This document shows positions 63,354 through 64,000 of a stretch of DNA of 64,000 nt, piece after piece. Location: assembly GCF_030028105.1 (NCBI RefSeq), contig NC_092395.1:43676459-43740458 (forward strand), written 5' to 3'. Source of the stretch: Mobula birostris. Lineage: Eukaryota. The notes beneath the pieces were generated by a model. That model ran no database searches. It had not been told where the DNA came from and saw only the letters and a program-made list of their open reading frames with translations. Position 1 is the first letter of the stretch. Every line of letters begins with the position of its first letter. A program made the translations under genes and the position numbers.

Positions 63354-64000
63354 CTGAATGAGAACAAAAGAAGATGTGTTTCAATACGCAAAATATCTCT
63401 CGTCATTCTTTTTACAAAATTATAAAAGTTTATTTACATCATATATACACAAAGTACAGACTTTCAATATTTACAAGACAGTAAGTATACTCAGATTAAA
63501 GTATGGTTACTACCGTCTATAAAACAGTCAATACCCTTTGGGGCCTATTGCCCCCATTCCTCCGTAGTTTGACAGAGCACAAGTAGAATGTTTTAGCTTC
63601 ATCGAGTGGGGCTGTTAGTCTCTCTGAAAGACAGCGCAGTGCCCATGGAGGACAGTGCATATTGCTTATACTGGAATACTGGAAATCTACTCCAATGGGT
63701 GAGGCTTTTTGGCGTTGATTCACCCCGGAATTGAGAGACGCACTGGCACCAAAGCGCCCCCAGAGTAATTAAGTCCCACTCTCTGTGCCATCAGTGACAC
63801 ATTCCTCCTCTTCCCTCCAACCCTCCCACCCGTCACTAATGGCTCCGTTGCTACAAACATCTCACAATCTGCTCAAATGAGCAGGTGGAGAGGATGCAAG
63901 GACTGGGCAGCGGGAGAGGGTCTTTTAATTGATGAGTACTGGAGGAGAGTTCCACCCTGATTGGGAGGACAGCAAGTCCAGTAAATGTCTGAAGGCTGTT

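Noticed and set aside
63517-63723. ORF ending FYLC..RVLTVL, suggesting a joined V-J
   Set aside because: No FGxG motif, no V-framework Cys/Trp, and no good splice donor after TVL.
63882-63953. E-box CAGGTG and near-kB site GGAGAGTTCC in the presumed J-C intron
   Set aside because: Short motifs expected by chance, and the kB match is imperfect. Chromatin data would be needed.

Overview
Eukaryotic, repeat-dominated DNA, most likely from a cartilaginous fish (inferred from CR1/HER1-type LINEs, an HE1-like V-SINE and a chondrichthyan-style Ig light-chain exon). There is no rRNA, true tRNA or CRISPR array. Most of the window is decayed, nested mobile DNA: CR1, L1, Rex1/L2-like, Penelope-like, Gypsy, hAT and Tc1 elements. 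Two host-derived coding sequences are recognisable and both look disabled: an Ig light-chain constant exon (minus, 63031-63353, sigma-like) with an in-frame TGA, and an intronless USP35-like retrocopy (minus, ~39625-40760). Structural highlights: a minimal type I hammerhead ribozyme motif at a Penelope-like terminus; a 220-bp palindromic Penelope-derived mini-element with two back-to-back decayed hammerheads and a 14-bp target-site duplication (TSD); a 1.6-kb fold-back Tc1 made of two inverted 3' halves; an L1 that keeps its 5' end but stops before the RT domain; a four-layer transposon nest; and a local triplicated block. I found no clearly new multi-gene system. All family assignments come from recognising motifs by eye, not from database searches.
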